This document shows, piece after piece, positions 60,801-64,000 of a DNA stretch of 64,000 nucleotides. Position 1 is the first letter of the stretch; each line of letters starts with the position of its first letter. The stretch is from the NCBI GenBank assembly GCA_032718475.1, contig JAUCBJ010008678.1:57613-121612 (forward strand), given 5' to 3'. The notes beneath the pieces are model-generated. The model was not told where the DNA came from. It worked only from the letters and a program-made list of their open reading frames with translations, and ran no database searches. This DNA is from Nemertoderma westbladi. Taxonomy: Eukaryota > Animalia > Xenacoelomorpha. Made by a program: the position numbers and the translations under genes.

Positions 60801-62719
60801 GTAAAGAACAAAATAAATAAAGGATATCTCCACAGCCAGACCTGTAAAGAACAAAATAAATAAAGGATATCTCCAACAGCCAGACCTGTAAAGAACAAAA
60901 TAAATAAAGGATATCTCCAAAGCCAGACCTGTAAAGAACAAAATAAATAAAGGATATCTCCAAAGCCAGACCTGTAAAGAACAAAATAAATAAAGGATAT
61001 CTCCACAGCCAGACCTGTAAAGAACAAAATAAATAAAGGATATCTCCACAGACCTGTAAAGAACAAAATAAATAAAGGATATCTCCACAGCCAGACCTGT
61101 AAAGAACAAAATAAATAAAGGATATCTCCAAAGCCAGACCTGTAAAGAACAAAATAAATAAAGGATATCTCCACAGCCAGACCTGTAAAGAACAAAATAA
61201 ATAAAGGATATCTCCACAGACCTGTAAAGAACAAAATAAATAAAGGATATCTCCAACAGACCTGTAAAGAACAAAATAAATAAAGGATATCTCCACAGCC
61301 AGACCTGTAAAGAACAAAATAAATAAAGGATATCTCCACAGCCAGACCTGTAAAGAACAAAATAAATAAAGGATATCTCCACAGCCAGACCTGTAAAGAA
61401 CAAAATAAATAAAGGATATCTCCACAGCCAGACCTGTAAAGAACAAAATAAATAAAGGATATCTCCAAGCCAGACCTGTAAAGAACAAAATAAATAAAGG
61501 ATATCTCCACAGCCAGACCTGTAAAGAACAAAATAAATAAAGGATATCTCCAGCCACCTGTAAAGAACAAAATAAATAAAGGATATCTCCCAGCCAGACC
61601 TGTAAAGAACAAAATAAATAAAGGATATCTCCACAGCCAGACCTGTAAAGAACAAAATAAATAAAGGATATCTCCACAGCCAGACCTGTAAAGAACAAAA
61701 TAAATAAAGGATATCTCCAAAGCCAGACCTGTAAAGAACAAAATAAATAAAGGATATCTCCACAGCCAGACCTGTAAAGAACAAAATAAATAAAGGATAT
61801 CTCCACAGCCAGACCTGTAAAGAACAAAATAAATAAAGGATATCTCCACAGCCAGACCTGTAAAGAACAAAATAAATAAAGGATATCTCCACAGCCAGAC
61901 CTGTAAAGAACAAAATAAATAAAGGATATCTCCACAGCCAGACCTGTAAAGAACAAAATAAATAAAGGATATCTCCACAGCCAGACCTGTAAAGAACAAA
62001 ATAAATAAAGGATATCTCCACAGCCAGACCTGTAAAGAACAAAATAAATAAAGGATATCTCCACAGCCAGACCTGTAAAGAACAAAATAAATAAAGGATA
62101 TCTCCACAGCCAGACCTGTAAAGAACAAAATAAATAAAGGATATCTCCACAGCCAGACCTGTAAAGAACAAAATAAATAAAGGATATCTCCACAGCCAGA
62201 CCTGTAAAGAACAAAATAAATAAAGGATATCTCCACAGCCAGACCTGTAAAGAACAAAATAAATAAAGGATATCTCCACAGCCAGACCTGTAAAGAACAA
62301 AATAAATAAAGGATATCTCCACAGCCAGACCTGTAAAGAACAAAATAAATAAAGGATATCTCCACAGCCAGACCTGTAAAGAACAAAATAAATAAAGGAT
62401 ATCTCCACAGCCAGACCTGTAAAGAACAAAATAAATAAAGGATATCTCCACAGCCAGACCTGTAAAGAACAAAATAAATAAAGGATATCTCCAACAGCCA
62501 GACCTGTAAAGAACAAAATAAATAAAGGATATCTCCAACAGCCAGACCTGTAAAGAACAAAATAAATAAAGGATATCTCCAACAGCCAGACCTGTAAAGA
62601 ACAAAATAAATAAAGGATATCTCCACAGCCAGACCTGTAAAGAACAAAATAAATAAAGGATATCTCCACAGCCAGACCTGTAAAGAACAAAATAAATAAA
62701 GGATATCTCCACAGACCTG
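45865..62719 (-). repeat. ~16.9-kb tandem array (~390 units, mainly 43 bp; variants of about 36, 39, 44 and 45 bp) derived from the intron/exon junction
   Basis: Minus-strand unit CTTTATTTATTTTGTTCTTT(A/T)CAG|G(T/A)(C/T)TGGCTGT(T)GGAGATATC equals the pyrimidine tract, AG and first ~20 nt of exon 45748-45884. Confidence 0.97.
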
Positions 62720-62855
62720 TTATACGTTATTAATTTAATATCATTACCAATAATTACTGTAGTTCAAATATTTCAATATATTTTTTTAGCTCAATATTTG
62801 CAATTCTATTTTCCTAGTATATTGTTTTTGGTCCGAATTATGTTTCTACCAGGAA

Positions 62856-62922
62856 CCGGACAATTTGGTCCCGGACAATAATTATATCCCGGACAATTCG
62901 GTCCCATACAATTCGGTCCCAT
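62856..62922. repeat. Short degenerate repeats of GGACAATTCGGTCCC (possible transposon sub-terminal relic)
   Basis: Three to four imperfect copies are visible. Confidence 0.45.
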
Positions 62923-62987
62923 TAATGTATATGTGAAATATGTGAAATATTGAACTATAATAATAAACAAATCATTATAAAACTAAC

Positions 62988-63484
62988 CGATAGTCAAGTT
63001 AGTAAGAAGTATTGACATCAATATAATGAAAAGGGTCACAAGGATTATTGTGATCTCTTTATAGAACTGAGTTTCAACCTTTTCATCGTAATAAGGATAA
63101 ACAAATGAGTTAATAAAATCCACCTCGCCAAGCATCATATCTAAAGTTCTAACGAGTGCGACAACGGGGTTGGAGAATGCGTTGTTCTCTTCTCGAGGTA
63201 TTATTATATGGAACGTCAGAGCGAAGGCTACGATCAACCAGATAAATACAACGAATACGACAACTATAGTCTTCGAGATTTCTATAAACATTACAACGTA
63301 AATGCCTAGGGCCTGGAAGTGTTGGAACAGTAGTAGGAAGTTGAACCAGGACAGCCACGTTCCAACAGCGCCAATCTCGATTACATGGAGTTTGTGTTCC
63401 AACCCCAACAAGTATATTATTGTGAAAGAACCACAGGTTGTGTACAGAGCCCATTCAATAAGGTTGACCAGGTCCATAAAGTAC
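62988..63484 (-). CDS. TRPA1: TRPA1-like channel, transmembrane exon (approximately S3 to S6 and pore)
   Basis: atctag|G TAC TTT..ATC G|gttagt encodes YFMDLVNLIEW..LSWFNFLLLFQHF..GIYVVMFIEI..RTLDMMLGEVDF..LLTNLTI. Its phase-1 end joins GA of the next exon to give IGLAVGDI. Confidence 0.93.
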
Positions 63485-63745
63485 CTAGATAATATATAAT
63501 CTAATGACAACAGAACTACAAATTAACTATAAACGCAAAAAATAACAATAATTTACTGAAGCCTTCCCGCCCGATTCCCGCAAACATTACTTTATATCTA
63601 CATCTTTATATTTGATAAATTTATTTGATAAAATTATCGCTCTATATGACTTTCACAAAAATTATATAGAAATTTATATTCACATATTAAAAATCGATTG
63701 CATTTAATATTAATATTATACCATTTCCTTTAAAATTGTCGGCCT

Positions 63746-63795
63746 ACCAGAGATGGACACGGGCCGGGCTGGGCCGGGCCGGGTTTGAGCCGCAT
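63746..63795. repeat. GC-rich (GGGCC)n patch, possible DNA-transposon terminus
   Basis: CAGAGATGGACACGGGCCGGGCTGGGCCGGGCCGGG within AT-rich intron; no partner end seen. Confidence 0.3.
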
Positions 63796-64000
63796 TCTAA
63801 ACATTGGAAAGCCCGCTATTGATGAATAATTATATTATCCAGTTAACAAAACACAAAAATATGAAAATTACACATTTTATATCACGAAATTAAATTAAAT
63901 ATATATATTTAATTTTCCTGTAACTAGGGTTGTTACATGATTTATTTGTGTCTTTGTTTAACTTTGTAATGTACCTTTGCTACATTTTCAGACTCACATA

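Noticed and set aside
45733-62712. Stand-alone 5659-aa membrane protein and the overlapping giant ORFs
   Set aside because: These are translations of a stop-poor satellite in three frames with no ATG start. Only the last ~46 codons are a real exon; the frame bias is reported separately.

Overview
AT-rich animal (invertebrate-like) genomic DNA with no prokaryotic features. Positions 1-42 kb are a nest of repeats: a 52-bp satellite (1-6.8 kb), a decayed CRE-clade RT/RLE retrotransposon, P-superfamily transposase relics, tRNA-derived SINEs, RTE-type LINE copies (one full length with a 14-bp TSD), a CR1/L2-group LINE with a 2A-like GDIETNPGP motif, a BEL/Pao relic split by a hAT-type MITE, and a Helentron-like non-autonomous element. 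A 12.5-kb P-like element (74-bp TIRs, 7-bp TSD) contains a ~10-kb APE-RT retrotransposon whose ~2000-aa ORF1 carries a 19-aa tandem repeat and a Ulp1/C48-like protease domain. Positions 42-63.5 kb hold the last four coding exons of a TRPA1-like channel gene on the minus strand. The most unusual feature is its ~17-kb intron, which consists almost entirely of ~390 tandem copies of the downstream exon's own 3' splice site plus the first ~20 exon bases. The reading frame of that exon stays open through the whole array. All calls come from reading the sequence and ORF track by eye; no database searches were run.
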